64,000 nucleotides of DNA, taken from assembly GCA_000708835.1 (NCBI GenBank), contig DF236975.1, positions 291,236 through 355,235 of the forward strand. The letters run 5' to 3'. Below the pieces are notes generated by a model. That model was not told the origin of the DNA. It made no database searches and saw nothing but the letters and a program-made list of their open reading frames with translations. The stretch comes from Klebsormidium nitens. Lineage: Eukaryota; Plantae; Klebsormidiophyceae. Made by a program: the position numbers and the translations under genes. Position 1 is the first letter of the stretch. Every line of letters starts with the position of its first letter. Shown piece by piece: positions 25,045-37,780 of this stretch.

Positions 25045-28000
25045 ATGGCAAAAGCATGGAGCGTCGGCGCATGGGCCGCCGACGCTGAAGAAGCAGAGGA
25101 GGCAGAGAAAGCAGTCCCTATCGGGAAGAATGCGGAGGCCTTTCCTTCGCTGGGGGAGGCCTTGGCAGCGGCCCCCAAGAAGAAGAAGGACAAGAAGCAG
25201 ACAATGTCCTTGTCCGAGCTCATGACGGGTAAAGGTCCCCTCCTTTTGCATGTGTCTTGGCCGCTGTTGTCTGATGCCAATTGCACGGAAACTGATTTGC
25301 CCAAAGCCATCTGGCTGCACATGGTGTTTGTGTGGCAGTTCGGTTGTTATGGTAATGGTACACTGATCCTGTTTCGCCTCAGACCAGGAATAGAGACAAC
25401 GGTGTGAACAGTCACGGTTTGGATTGGATTTGATCAACTTTTTGTTCGTGGGGTTGTAGTGGCATTCTGCCGTGCCTTTCAGGCCAGGATCATTGACACC
25501 CTTGTCTGCGCATGTTGGGTCTCCCATGCCAGCGCTTTTGCATGCTTGGTAATGGTTGTGTATGCATGTCAGTAACTGGTCGTGATGGCCTTCATCACAC
25601 AGCGGCCTTTATGAACGTTTGCCTAGAAAGCATACGCATTGTCTTCTTCATTCTGTTGACGGAGAAGTCTGGCCCCAGGGCGTTGCAAAGTGTGGCAAAT
25701 TAGGGTGTCCTGATCAATCCCTGTTACATGGAAAGAGCACACCAACCAACACGTTGCCACCTGTCGTTCTCCCAGGCAAGTATGTTGGCCCAGGGGGCAG
25801 GGCGCGCACCTCCGGAACTGGGGGTGAGGTCGGCTTCGACGTCATCATGAACCTGCCCAAGGGTCCCAGGGAGAGGGATCCCGAGGAGGACGCCGCCAAC
25901 GGCCTCGGGGGTGCGTTCAAAGACTACGGCGGTTTCCGTGGGGGAGGTGACCGGGACCGCCGAGACGATGACCGGAGGGGAGGGCGCCGTGGGTTTGACG
26001 ATGACGGCGAGGGGGATGCGGGGATGCCCTCAAGAGCTGATACTGAGGACGACTGGGGCAAGTCCCGCAAGTTTGTGCCGAGCACAGGGGGCCCGGTGAG
26101 CAGGGGGGGCGACCGTGATGATTACCGCGAGCAGCGCGGCCCGTCTGCTGCCGATGAAGAAGGCACCTGGTCCAAGAAGTTTGTGCCCAGCGGGGACCGC
26201 CCCCGAGAGGCCGGTTTTGGCGGTCGGGGGGGGGCTTCAGCGACCGCTACGAGGACGACCGGCGAGGGGGGGGGTTCAGCGATGGCCCGTCCAAGGCAGA
26301 TGAGGTTGACAATTGGGGCAGGGAGAAGAAGTTTGTGCCGAGCACTGGCGGTAGGTCGGGAGGGTTTGGCGGCGGCGGGGGGGGCTTCAGCGACAGCGGA
26401 GACCGGTGGGGGCGCAGGGAGGAGGCGCCACCTGTCAGCAGCGCGAGCCGGCCTAGCGAGCGCCCCCGCCTGGCATTGCAGAAGAGGTCCGCGCCGGCGG
26501 ACGCTCCGGTGGCAGGAGCAGTGGAGAACGGGGAAGCGAAGGCGGCGCCGCCTAAGCCGAAGTCCAATCCGTTTGGTGCTGCGCGGCCGCGTGAGGAGAT
26601 TCTGCAGGTATGTTTGCTTGGAACTTGCCTGCATGACCTTTTGGATGTAAGTTGGCCTGGCTTTATGAGTTGGCTAGGGGCAATGGAGGATGGCGCTCCT
26701 TGTTGGTCAAGAATCTGAAGAACTTCCGGTGGCAAGTTAATGGACGGTTGCGCATTGGAACTGTGTTCAGCAATGACAGTGGTAGGGATTTTGTTGGCCA
26801 AGTTGGAATTATTTTCTGGCTGCTTCTAAGAGGATCTGGATGGTAGCATCGAGTTCTGCTGGAAACAATGTAGAGCAGTTGCTACTAGACCTCTGAAGCA
26901 GCGTGTTGCTAGCCAGTACCATTGGTCTTGGTGCTCAATTGCAAACCCTAATGCATCAGGGTTGCTGGGTTGTTTGTCAATATTCCAAGCTACACCAGTA
27001 GGCTTGTCAGTTGTCGCACTGCTTGGGACATTCTGCAACAACGGTCAGTTTTGGCCAAGTTTGATGGATGTTGAAACAGCTGTAAAGAGTGCTACTGTCC
27101 TTCTTTTTTGGTCAACCTATACTTCGTCTCTGTAATAGCAAGGGAGAGGGAAGGTTCATAAGGGCTGGACTGGACTACCAGTAAGTGGGCACCAGAGAGC
27201 AAAGGCAGACTGCAATGATAAGCGCACTTTAGAAATCGCATTGTGATGTTCTCCTGTCTTGTTTGGCTGAGATTCTGCCCTCTTGATGCACTATCCAATC
27301 TTAAGCAGACTGTCTTGCGAGATTTTCTGATCATCTGCCTTCCAATGTTGGAAGAAGTGCTTATCCTCTCTGCAAAGGGGCTATTGTTACAAGTTGCAAC
27401 TGCGCCATTGTTACAAGTTGCAATTGCGCCATTGTTTCTCCGCGTGTTTCTTTGCGAGCCAGGATTTCCAATGTGAGGCGTCAGGAATTGAACGCGTCAG
27501 CTGTCATTCTAGTGCAGGCTGATCGAAGACCCTCAAAGACAGCACAGTTATGCCGCTGAATCAAACAGGAACCCAAAGAATCTGGGGCTTTAGCGCCCTC
27601 ACAGAAATATAGTTCAGCGCCTTTGCATCCAACAAAAGGTAGCACCCTGATAAGATTTTTGCGCTGTCCCTCAAATGCTACAGGGACCGTCTTTTGCAGC
27701 CGCCTTTGCCTTGGGCTGTCAGCCCAGTTCAATGTGGTCTTATCTAGAGTCGAAGGAGCCAAAGCACTAGTATGACCCCAACATTAACAAACATACTCTC
27801 CTTTGAGCTGGAAGGTTCAAATCTGCTCTTCCTTCCCCCCAGGAGAAGGGCCAGGACTGGAAGAAGATTGATGACGAGCTTGAGAAGAAGAAGTCTGCGG
27901 GCCCCACCCCTCCCGGCAGCACGAGCGGGGGGTCCAGCCGCGGGTCTTCGCCACCCCCCGTTGCAAAGCCGAAGCCGAAGCCAAACCCGTTCGGGGCGGC

Positions 28001-30060
28001 GCGCCCAAGGGAGGAGGTGCTCCAGGAGAAGGGAGTCGACTTCAGGAAGGTGGACCTGGAGTTGGAGCACAAGCGGGTGCAGCGGTGAGCACTTTGTGGT
28101 GCGCGGTTGCGGGTTCCAAGACGATTGGCACTTGTGGGGTTTTGGGGTTGCCAGCGGAAGAAGAGATTTTGGATGTTAGTTAACTGAAGATCTACAAGAT
28201 ACGGACTGGAATGGGTGCAGTGGTGACGAGCTTGAAGTGGGTTTGAGGTTTCGGCGGTTATGAATCTCTGTATTTTGAATTACCTGGTTGTTGAGAGTTT
28301 GGGAGTAGAGTCGGCCCAATATGCAGGCCTGCTCTAGATGTACAATTCTTGGGAGGTTGAGAGGTTTGGGCCTTTTGGCAAAACGATTGCTCTCGGAGGG
28401 TTCCCTCCATGTCAGCAACTTGCCCATGTCGGATGCACTCTGGGTAGTTTCCCGTTCTTGAAAAAGTGCAATCGAGTTGGGGGGTTGGTCGCTGGCTTTA
28501 TGAGGGGACCTGAGCACTGCGTAGGAAGTGAAGATTGGGTCTGGGGTTATCTGGAGTTGGGTTAGGGTACAGGTTTGGAAGTTGGTGTGGGCGAGCTGGT
28601 TGTTTGGGAGGGTTTACTGGCAGCTTTACTGGTATCTTGAGAGATTTAAGGTGCCCCTTGTTCCTTTATCGAGGAACATGGAATGAGGGCGCGGACTGAG
28701 GGCGATGTCACGGGATTGGAGGCGTCTTCATTGCATGCGAGTTTCCAAATGGTATCCAATGCTTCTGCCAGTCCTCTCTTGACTCTGGAAACCCGTCTTT
28801 GCAGGGACGAAACCCCCGAAGAGGTGGCCCTCAAGAAGGAGATTGAGGAGCTGCGGTTGAAGCTGCAGGGGGGGTCAGAGGCGCCCCCGGCTGAGGCTGC
28901 TGAAGGGGGGGAGGAGAAGGAGAACGGCGTGCACGAAGATAAGGACGAGAGCGTTCAGACGGAGATTGCAAAGAAGGAGAAGGAGCTGGACGACTTTGTT
29001 CGGAAGCTCGACGATAAGGTGAGGATTCAGAGGGTTCTTTTGTTGGGGAAGGAGCCGAAATTCAAGGCAGACAGAGGCAGGTTTCTTGCGACAAGGAACC
29101 GGTTATTAAAGTGGGCGTCGGGGTTTGCCTGACGTCAGCCGCTATCTCCGACGGCGTCACAGATCCAACGGTTCGGTTCCGGACGGCAGTTTTGTGAGGG
29201 TCTTGGAATCGTGTGATCGGCTTTGTCCATGCATGGCCTACGCCCACTTTAAGGCTTTCGAGAGGCAGAGATTGGTTTGTGTAGCATTCGGTCGGGATTC
29301 GAGGAGGTCGAAGCTGAGGACCACGGGTGGGATCCGTAGCATTCATTCAAAGGGCAGCGTTCTGATTCGAACAATCAAATACGAACGTTTGACGAGTGTT
29401 GGCGACCAGCCCTGAGTTTCGACAATGGGAAATGCTGAACGTTCTTGCTGAATAGGTGAACTGCAGGTGAATAAACCAATTTTGAGGTTTGACCAAGAGC
29501 TTATCAAACCCCTCCAGGTGCGCTTCTCCAAGGCCACTGACAAGCCCGTCAAGGAGCGCGACTGGCGCGACGTCAAGGCGCAAGCGCCCCCGCCGGCCGC
29601 AAAGTCCGGCGCAAAGAAAGATGCGGATGCAGGCCAAGCCGTCAGCCCACCGAGCGCTGCGGCCCCGCCCTCGCCGGCTGCTGACGCCAGCAAGAACGCA
29701 GGTGACGTCAGCAAAAAGCCCGCCGCGATTGACGTCAGGAAGGAGGGGGGAAAGCGGGACAGCGGGGCGGCGTCGCCCTCGGTGGCAAAGGAGTCTCCGA
29801 AGGTGGTAAAGAAAACCGAGCCGGTTAAGAAGGCGGTTACAGCGGAGCCCACAATTGTGAAGGGGGGGTATGGGGCCCTGCAAGAGGAGGGGGGGGATGC
29901 GGAAGAGGAGGAGGTCGAGGAACAAGGGGAGAGCCAAGAGGAGCCCCCCAAAGCACCCGAGGCGAACAGTGTGAATAAGGCCGAGGGTGTGAATAAGCCT
30001 GAGGCGCAGGAAAGCGGGCGCGGGTGGGAACAGGTGGTCAAGGGGGCCGGCAAGCGCTAG
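25045..30060 (+). CDS. eIF4B: Plant-type eukaryotic translation initiation factor 4B
   Basis: Exons 25045-25228, 25776-26607, 27843-28084, 28805-29018, 29518-30060. Motifs: AWSVGAWAADAE, AFPSLGEA, KQTMSLSEL, LPKGPRER, repeated SxAD..D.W..KFVPS, RPRLALQKR, two KPNPFGAARPREE.LQEKG.D, ETPEEVALKKEIEEL, KLDDKVRF. One G appears to be missing in the run at 26226-26234. Confidence 0.93.
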
Positions 30061-32069
30061 GCTAGCGGGGCTTGTGGTTCCCAGTCTGACAGTTGAAGCG
30101 TCGAGACGTTTGTTGCCCGTTTGAGTATTGGAGAGGGCAGAGCTGTGGCATGAGTGTTTTTCTTTAAGAGCGAGAAGGTCATGGGCTTATGATAAGGAGG
30201 CGTTTGAGAGCCGGGATGGGCACGGGGGGGCTCACCGTCTTTAGGGTACCGACTGCAAACTCATTTTTAGTTACGCCGTTTACCAGGTTCTGCAGTCAGT
30301 TTGTGACTCATAACATCAATTTGCGTTGGAGCTAAAACGTAGGTGCGAGCTGAACAGTGAGGGCGCATGAATTCGTTTCTATTCCCCGGACTTGAGCCAT
30401 GTGTAAGACAAGCTGTCGTCTGCAAGGTATCACAGCGCCACTTTGCACGTGTCGACCTCGCTGCACCACCGTCTCTGCAAAGTGTAAAGCTCATTGTGCT
30501 ATTTGCTACGGGGCACCCAAGCTTGTGAGACATGCCAGCTCTGAGTCTTATGCTGATAGCCAAGCGAAGTACCAGCCTGTTGCTCACGGTCCTGTTCGAT
30601 TGTCGAAGCCACTGTCATGTTTTGTTACACCCTGCAGCCTGAGCCGACCTCCGCAGATACTCAATTATGGTCGACCCACGATCTCTTGTTTGACATGGAT
30701 TCAAGCAATCTCAGTGCATGTGAGGCTGCAAATATGCTTTAAGTACTATGCTGTAACACATGCCCGTGCCGCCCCACATGCAGCTTGCCTTTGACTTATA
30801 CTTTGACCGGCACTATAGGCACGGTCTCACCAGATTGCTACCCAATGGCTCATGCAATTCGTGGAGCTCAGGGTTAATGGAAAAAACTGACCGCGATCGC
30901 GAATTTGAGTTCGCGTTTCAGAGTTGGCTTGCGCGCATGACAGAACGATCCCACATGTGCCATGCTCGAAAGAGCTGCAGAGACTCTTGTTTGATCTGTT
31001 AGTGGCGGTAAATAAATTTGATATCACACTTGACATGCATCGATCAATATGTAACCGAAATTATCATGTTCGATTCGCAAGTGCAATCATCCGGAGAACA
31101 TACATGCAGGCAGCGGGGCATGTGCGACCGGTCCGCTCGATCTGAACATTATCATGTATATGGCAATCATTTTGACTAAGCCGCAGCACTTTACAGTGAC
31201 TCGATCTAGCTGTTTCAATAGATTCTACCATACTGAAAATCAAGATTGACCGTCGGACAGGCTGAATCTTTGCGATTGATATTGCCACTGCAACAATGAA
31301 GTGCACAAACTTGAAGTTCGATAAATATGACCGGCCAAGGTACAAAGTTAAAAACCGTTATGTTTTCTTAGGCGACACGTCGATCCTCTAAAGTTTTTGG
31401 TCAACTTGAAGCCCGAGGTTTTTGATTACGCTAAAGTACAAGTGTAAGTTAACGTACAGCTAAGATTAGAATCAGTCTTATTCTTTGCTGACGCCAGCAG
31501 GCGCCGAGCAGAAAAAAGGGCCGCTGCAAGCTGGCCTGGCGACTACTCTAGTTCGATACTCTGGGTCGGTCCGTATTACTGGCGCCCAAGTTTATTCCCT
31601 AAGTTCGCAAAAAGAATCGACTATTTCAATCCACCAATCGGCGTAGGTTTTGGGTCTTTGAGCAGTATAACGTTTGACTATCAAAATCTGCTATTTCTGT
31701 TAGCGCGGTCTTAAAAAGTGGGTGGTCAGAGTTTTGTGGTTAATCAGTCTCAAGTTTCTGTTATGATGGAAGTCCAGCTTTGTCTAGCAGCTATACCCTC
31801 CGGCCGAAAAATGACATTCGAAGCCGGCTTCACTTGACTGGAAAAACGGGAGTATCTGACGAGGCATCAGTCCTACTCAATCGGAGCCTCTGCCTGGCCC
31901 ACACAGCGCCGGCATTTAGCCCCTTCAATTTTAGTCACAACTCCGAAAACCCACTAAGCACCTTTGACTGCAGCGCACCTCCCTCGGTTGTTACCGCACC
32001 AACTCTCTCTTGACATCAAGTCGTGTTACACAGCCAACGAAAATATAGTGTAGTAAGCGCCAGCAGGGA

Positions 32070-35000
32070 TCACGCGCCACTCTGGAAGCCCCCGAACGCG
32101 CCCCCTTCCGCCCACGTCAGCTCGCGGAGGCGCTCGTCCCAGTCTGACGTCACCGGGGTGGTCGGGCCTAAAAAGCCGTTGTCAACCGGGCCCGTCCCGG
32201 GGCAGCACGTGGCGCCCGGTTCGGCCCCCACGTGTTCCTGCAGAGAGAACGGCTGCCACTCGGAAGGCCTGGGAAAAGCGTGCGGGTCCCCGGAGGGCAG
32301 CGAGCCTGCTGCCGGGAGATTTTGGATGATCCCCCCAGTTGCATCCCCCACGTCATCACCAGTTTTCTCCAAAAATTCTAGTGCAGTCCGGTCGTCAACC
32401 GAGGACCTCAAAGCCCACGGTGCCTCTTCAGTTGATTGGTCGGGAAGAAAAGGGTTAGCGGGTCCCTGTGAGTGCGATTCCCCGGTGGTTTCAATAGGGG
32501 AGTGGTTGCTGGCGGCGGACTTGGTTCGGAGGGCCGGGAGGATCCCCCGGCCGCCCTCCGGCTTGCCCCGGGCCATGAGTGACGTCAGAAACTCGAGCGC
32601 CGCCCGCAGCTGCGAGTGTTGCTCGAACAATTCCCCGGAGGAGATTGTGGGCGACTCGGGGACCGACGGATCGACTAGGGAGAGTTTCTCCGCTTGCTGG
32701 TCCAGCAGACCGTTGATGTGCTCCATAACCAACGAGGTTAGGTCAAGGTTAGGCTCGGAACCGGTTTCGGCCCCAAAGTTAAACAACGGCAGTTTTTGGG
32801 TTAGGCTGTGGGCTACGAGCGCTCCTGGGAATGGCGCCGAGCTCGAGGGGGTTTGGACGCTAACCGTCTGACAAACCCCGGAGGTTAGGCTTGGGGTTAA
32901 GGGAAACGAGCGGGAGGTCTCGTTCAAGGACGGCGTGCCGACGTGGGGCGACTTCAACGGGAGCGCAGCCGGGTTGTCGATCAGCAGCGGGCGCGGCTTT
33001 TTGAACTGGCCGCTCTGGGGGGGGATACTTCCAGCCCCCCACCAGTCATTACTGCGCCCCCCCCCCCGGAGAAGCCGCTCTGCGTACTCGGCAATCCGTA
33101 ACCCTCACATCCGATTCCGTTCAAGGGCGCCGTCCCCCCCAATTGCTCCGACTTGGCGTAAATTACTTTCGGTGGGCCGAAGCTCCTCAAGATACCCTCC
33201 AAATCACACCGATCTGCTTTCCTCTTGCCCCCCGTTCCGTCGTTCTCCTCCGTTCCAAGTAGATCATTTGTCAACCCCCCCCTCGTCAGCATTTTACTCT
33301 GGGTCGCCGTGAAGAAACACTGCTCCGTCGAAGGCAGCGTCTCCGCCAGGAACGCACAGGGCGGGGCGACGTCAGCATCCGAAACCTGGTCTTTCGAGGT
33401 TTGGTCCCCTTTCGGGGGGTGCTGAGCCCAGCTGAATCCACCCCCACGAGAACCTCGCAACGGCCGGCCTTTCCCCACCCCCGAGGGGGAAACTCTCTCG
33501 CGGTCGGCGTGAGTATCCGGACACCGGAAGCGGACTGACGGATTGCTGACGTCATCGTTTCCCGAGCAGGGCTGCTCCAAAACCTGCAGCCAGCGAGAGC
33601 CTCTTTGCTGTCCGGGTGGAGGGCTGGGGGCGTAGGTCTCGCGCACTTCGCTCCTGCCACCCCCCACAACGACGCCGCCAAAACCCGTTGTCTCCGAAAC
33701 CCCTCCCATTTTTCGCAGGGTCCCTTCTTCTGTGCCGTCCATGACGTCAGCGACGTGCCCGTTTGCTTCTGATTTAGGCGCGCGAACGCTGCTGCTGACG
33801 TCATGGCTGGGGGCCCGCCTCCCGAGCCTCGCCCGTTGGCTGAGGGGTTCCTCCTCGGAATCGGCTGACGCCGCATCCTCTTGCTTGACCTCGGCGCTGA
33901 CGTCATCATCCGACGCCGAAGTGTTTTTGGCCGTTTGGGAGAGAACCCTGCGCTTCTTCTTGGCCCGCCTCTTGCCCTTCTCGGGGTTTGGACCGATGAT
34001 TTCGGGTTTGGAGGGGTGCGCTTCGGTTGGAGACGAGTCGCCCGAATACTGGGCGATATAGTTGCGGAGGATGCCGTTGCGGGCCCTTTTCACATTGCGG
34101 AGGTCCTGCTAGAACACCCAAGTGAGAATAAGCTCACTGCCGTTGACTCGCAGAGCGGAATAGAAGTGCGTTAAGTCTTGGTTAGTGAATTGGCAACTGC
34201 GAAGCATATTGGTCTGCCACGAGAAGGGACTGGAGCCGTGAGGCAACTCATTCGAGGTGGCTTTCATAATAATGATCTTGTCAGAAGGCTGAACACTGCG
34301 GCGGGAAAGAAGAAGGCGCGACTGGGAAACAGAAGTCCCCAAAGACCTCTTGTGCACCTGTTGGCGTCGACTTTCTCAGAAACGTATTCACCGTCCAATC
34401 TAAACATTGTGTTCAAGCTGTTCACAAAATCATCAAGAAACAAACACGGTGTATATGTACAGGCAAGGGCCGTTTAACGAAACGGATTATATGTACAGGC
34501 AAGGGCAGTTTTTGAAGAAACAATTGAGCCAGACGCATAACCACCGAAAAGAGTTCCCAAATGGCGGGCTGAGTAGCCCACCTTGCAGCGAGCGGTGCAG
34601 TGCCAGTGGTTCTTGATGGCGTTCTCGCTGCGGCCCGGCATGTGGCGCGCGAGCATGGCCCACCTGCGGCGCAGAGGGAAGGGGTTCGAAGGTGTGATTG
34701 ACTGCCTTTTAAAGGCTCGACCTTCGAAGGTAAGTCTCGGGAGTTCGCAATAGGGACTTGAATCGCCAGACGACTAGCTGTTACTGAGTTAGTCAAACAG
34801 AGAAGCGTTTGTCGTCTTTGAGCTAGAGGGGCACAATCTTCGAATTGATCGGACGAAACGAAGTGTGATTCAATGAACGGTTTATTGCTCAATCTTGTCT
34901 GGTCAGGACTGCAAGCGGAAGGGGGTGCCACGAAAGAAGCAGAGAACGAAGATCCAATGGAATGGCAGTTCCGATTGTCGAGGCTCTCTGCCGAGTGCAA

Positions 35001-37780
35001 CCGTTGGACTGCGCTTCCCATTTACTTTCGTAACAGCCATGCAAACCGTCTTTTTGTGAAAACAACTGAACTCTGACGGGCATGTTTCAAATATGACATC
35101 ATTCTCCAGGAGGCCAGACTAGGGGTAGCAGAAACGCTACCGATTGACGTGCCGAGAAGCCATGCCAAGATGCAGTCGACCACTTTCTTGCCTTCCCAAG
35201 TAGTGCGTGTTTCAGAATGCGATACAAAGCGGACTTTAAACCAGCCATACCTGCTGCCAATCTCCCGGTGTAGGGCCACCAGGCGCTGTTCTTCTTCCTC
35301 CGTCCAGTCGGACTGCAGGCAGAGAGGCAGATGATCGTGCCCGGGTATCTGACACTAGGTTTTGGATATTCATGCGAAAGGACTCATGTTGCAGTGTACC
35401 CCTATTCAACAGTTTTAATGCTTTGACCAAGAACCCTGAGCTTCAAGGGTTGAGTTTTGCAGGCAAACAACTGCTTCGCAAGACCTCCGCATCTTCTGGC
35501 TCCTAAACTCATGCCTCTGAGCAGCAGGAAGCTTTCCGAGAAAAGCTTGAGTCTGGGCAAGCGACTTTCATATCATACTTGTTGGGGGCTGTCGCTCATT
35601 CAAAACCATTTCTCAACAACTTGAGAAGTCCGTCAAACAGCACACCGACGGTTCGAGAAGTCCCACGTTTCAATTCAAACCTTCAGCAAACGCTTTTTCA
35701 GAAATCTCCCCATTTTCACCCTTCTATCACTCCAGTTTCAAACCCCCTTCTTTGAGGTCTGAGTGGGGCGTGCTGTCTCAAAGTGTGCGACACAGTTGAA
35801 CACGCAAAAGACGGCATGCAGAAGACGTGTCCTCTAGCTCGGCGACCTGACGATCCCAAAACGGCCAAGCTCTTATCGTCTCAAGCTCCCCCGGTACTTA
35901 CGTCGGTCAGATTTGGATCCAGCACGTTGTACCAGCGGTTGCGGCACTGCTTCCCGGTGCGCTTTCCGAGCACCCGCCCCGCGGACGCCCAGCGGTCCAT
36001 GCCCTCCTTCGCCACAAACGCGCGCAGGACGACGTCCTCTTCCTGAAAACGCCGATGTGCGTACGTGCACTTTCAGGCGGGTGTTCGCATCTTAGCTACG
36101 CTCTTAAGGGTTAACCGAAGCTTCAGAGGTCTTTAATACGCCTGTTGAAATTTTATGAGAAATTTGTATATGGAGATAGGACATTCTTTCCACAGGACAA
36201 AACATGGAGGAACTCTTCACTTTTTCCAGCGGATACGCAGGAGCTTTTTCTCCACATGTTCTGTGGTTAAATGGTTAAGGTGGACTTATGTCGAAGAGTA
36301 TGCAAGTTGCATATGCAAGCAATTAAAGCACTGCTGCACTTTGGAACAGCAGAGGCAAGGATCGGACGAAGGCAGCTCGGTGCTCGCCAACGAGATTTGA
36401 ATCCTGACTATTGTTGTCTGTCATGCTTGACTGCGCCTATATGATGTCATGAAGGCAACTATACCTAAGTTCTGTTAAGACTGTCTTGACTCCAAGTATG
36501 CTTGACAAGTTTGCTTCTGGAGGGGTGCCAAACGGTGTGCAGATGTTGTATGCAGAAAGTTTATCAAAATGCAAGTTGCTCACAAAGCTTTTTGAGAAAC
36601 AAAGTTGACTTGGCAATGGGCCAGGAAGGCCGCCTTAACAGAGACGATGCGACCGTTTGCGTTATCGGAGGTGACCTTTCACGTCTTCTGAGGTGACGTT
36701 TCGGGTTTTCTGAAGTGAACTACGAGGAAGGTCGCCACAAAGGGGTGTATAGAGGCACAGATTGCAAAAGCGAGGGTGCTCACAGAATCTTTGCGAAACA
36801 GTTCAAATGCAAGCTAAGCACCCCAGGTGAGGGGAGATACCTTGGACCAATTCGCTCGGGATCTTGGTCGGCCTGGGTTCTGTTCGCTGTTGCAGACGGT
36901 ATCTCCTTCCAGCGCCTGGAATGCAGTGCAGATCACAGGGTCAGAAATATGTTTCTGTTTGCCTTGCTCCCTTTGCACGGTATAGCATATTTACAATGAA
37001 AGCAAGGAGAGTTCTTTCTTGAGTTCCTCAATTTGCATCAAGCTTCTCCTAGATTCCAGCTAGTGAAAATATTTGAGGCAAGAGTGCGACTTTCTCCAGT
37101 CTATTGAAGAGACAATACATGCCCAAGCAAGCAGGCAACCAGGCAGTCTTTCCGCTAATGGTATCAATCTCAGATCACATTGATTATCGTTACCCAGTTT
37201 TCTGCATGGCACACCAAGCCCAGATGTCACAGCAATGTCCAATCTGTCCTTGCTCGGAAATCTGGACAAGCAGTCCCCACATCCTGAATTCCAGCCTGTT
37301 CTCTGGTTCAGAGGACGTTGCCACAAGAGCCTAAGGTCACTACTTTTGCATAGAGCAACCTGGCACAAGTGCTTAGCTAAAATTATGGTGTCTGCTCAAC
37401 CATCTTCTACTAAAATTCTGTAGTCCAGTCTATTAGAATCCTCCTCAAATTACTTGGCATGCATGTAACTTATCAACTCAGGCTGCGCCCCGGCACCAAG
37501 CTCACCTGATGCTCATCGTTGATTCTGGCTCTGGCATCTTCTTTGGATCTTTGGGACCCGTCCATGGAGGAGCTTGACCCGCTACCCTCTCTCTCCAAAC
37601 CCTCTCCTGGCTCAGCTGGTTCGTTCTCCTCCCTTCCAATGAGACAGCTTGGCATGTCACAGTCCACCGAAGCGTCAAGTGACACAGGCATGTGGGGCTT
37701 CATTGGTGCCAAAAGTGCCTGCATTTTTGAAGGGGATGCACTTTTCAAACCAACACCAAGGAGTGAGCACCTTTCAGGGC
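32070..37780 (-). CDS. R2R3-MYB transcription factor with long C-terminal region
   Basis: Exons ~37780-37506, 36915-36841, 36042-35902, 35312-35251, 34663-34582, 34108-32070. They give WSKEEDVVLRAFVAKEGMDRWASAGRVLGKRTGKQCRNRWYNVLDPNLTDSDWTEEEEQRLVALHREIGSRWAMLARHMPGRSENAIKNHWHCTARCK. All junction phases match. Apparent 1-nt frameshift near 33057-33067. Start codon uncertain. Confidence 0.88.

Noticed and set aside
25619-26650. 343-aa ORF as a stand-alone protein
   Set aside because: It is intron plus eIF4B exon 2, running out of frame after the G-run.
31540-31580. GTTCGA T-loop-like motif suggesting a tRNA
   Set aside because: No cloverleaf stems or D-arm/A-box around it.
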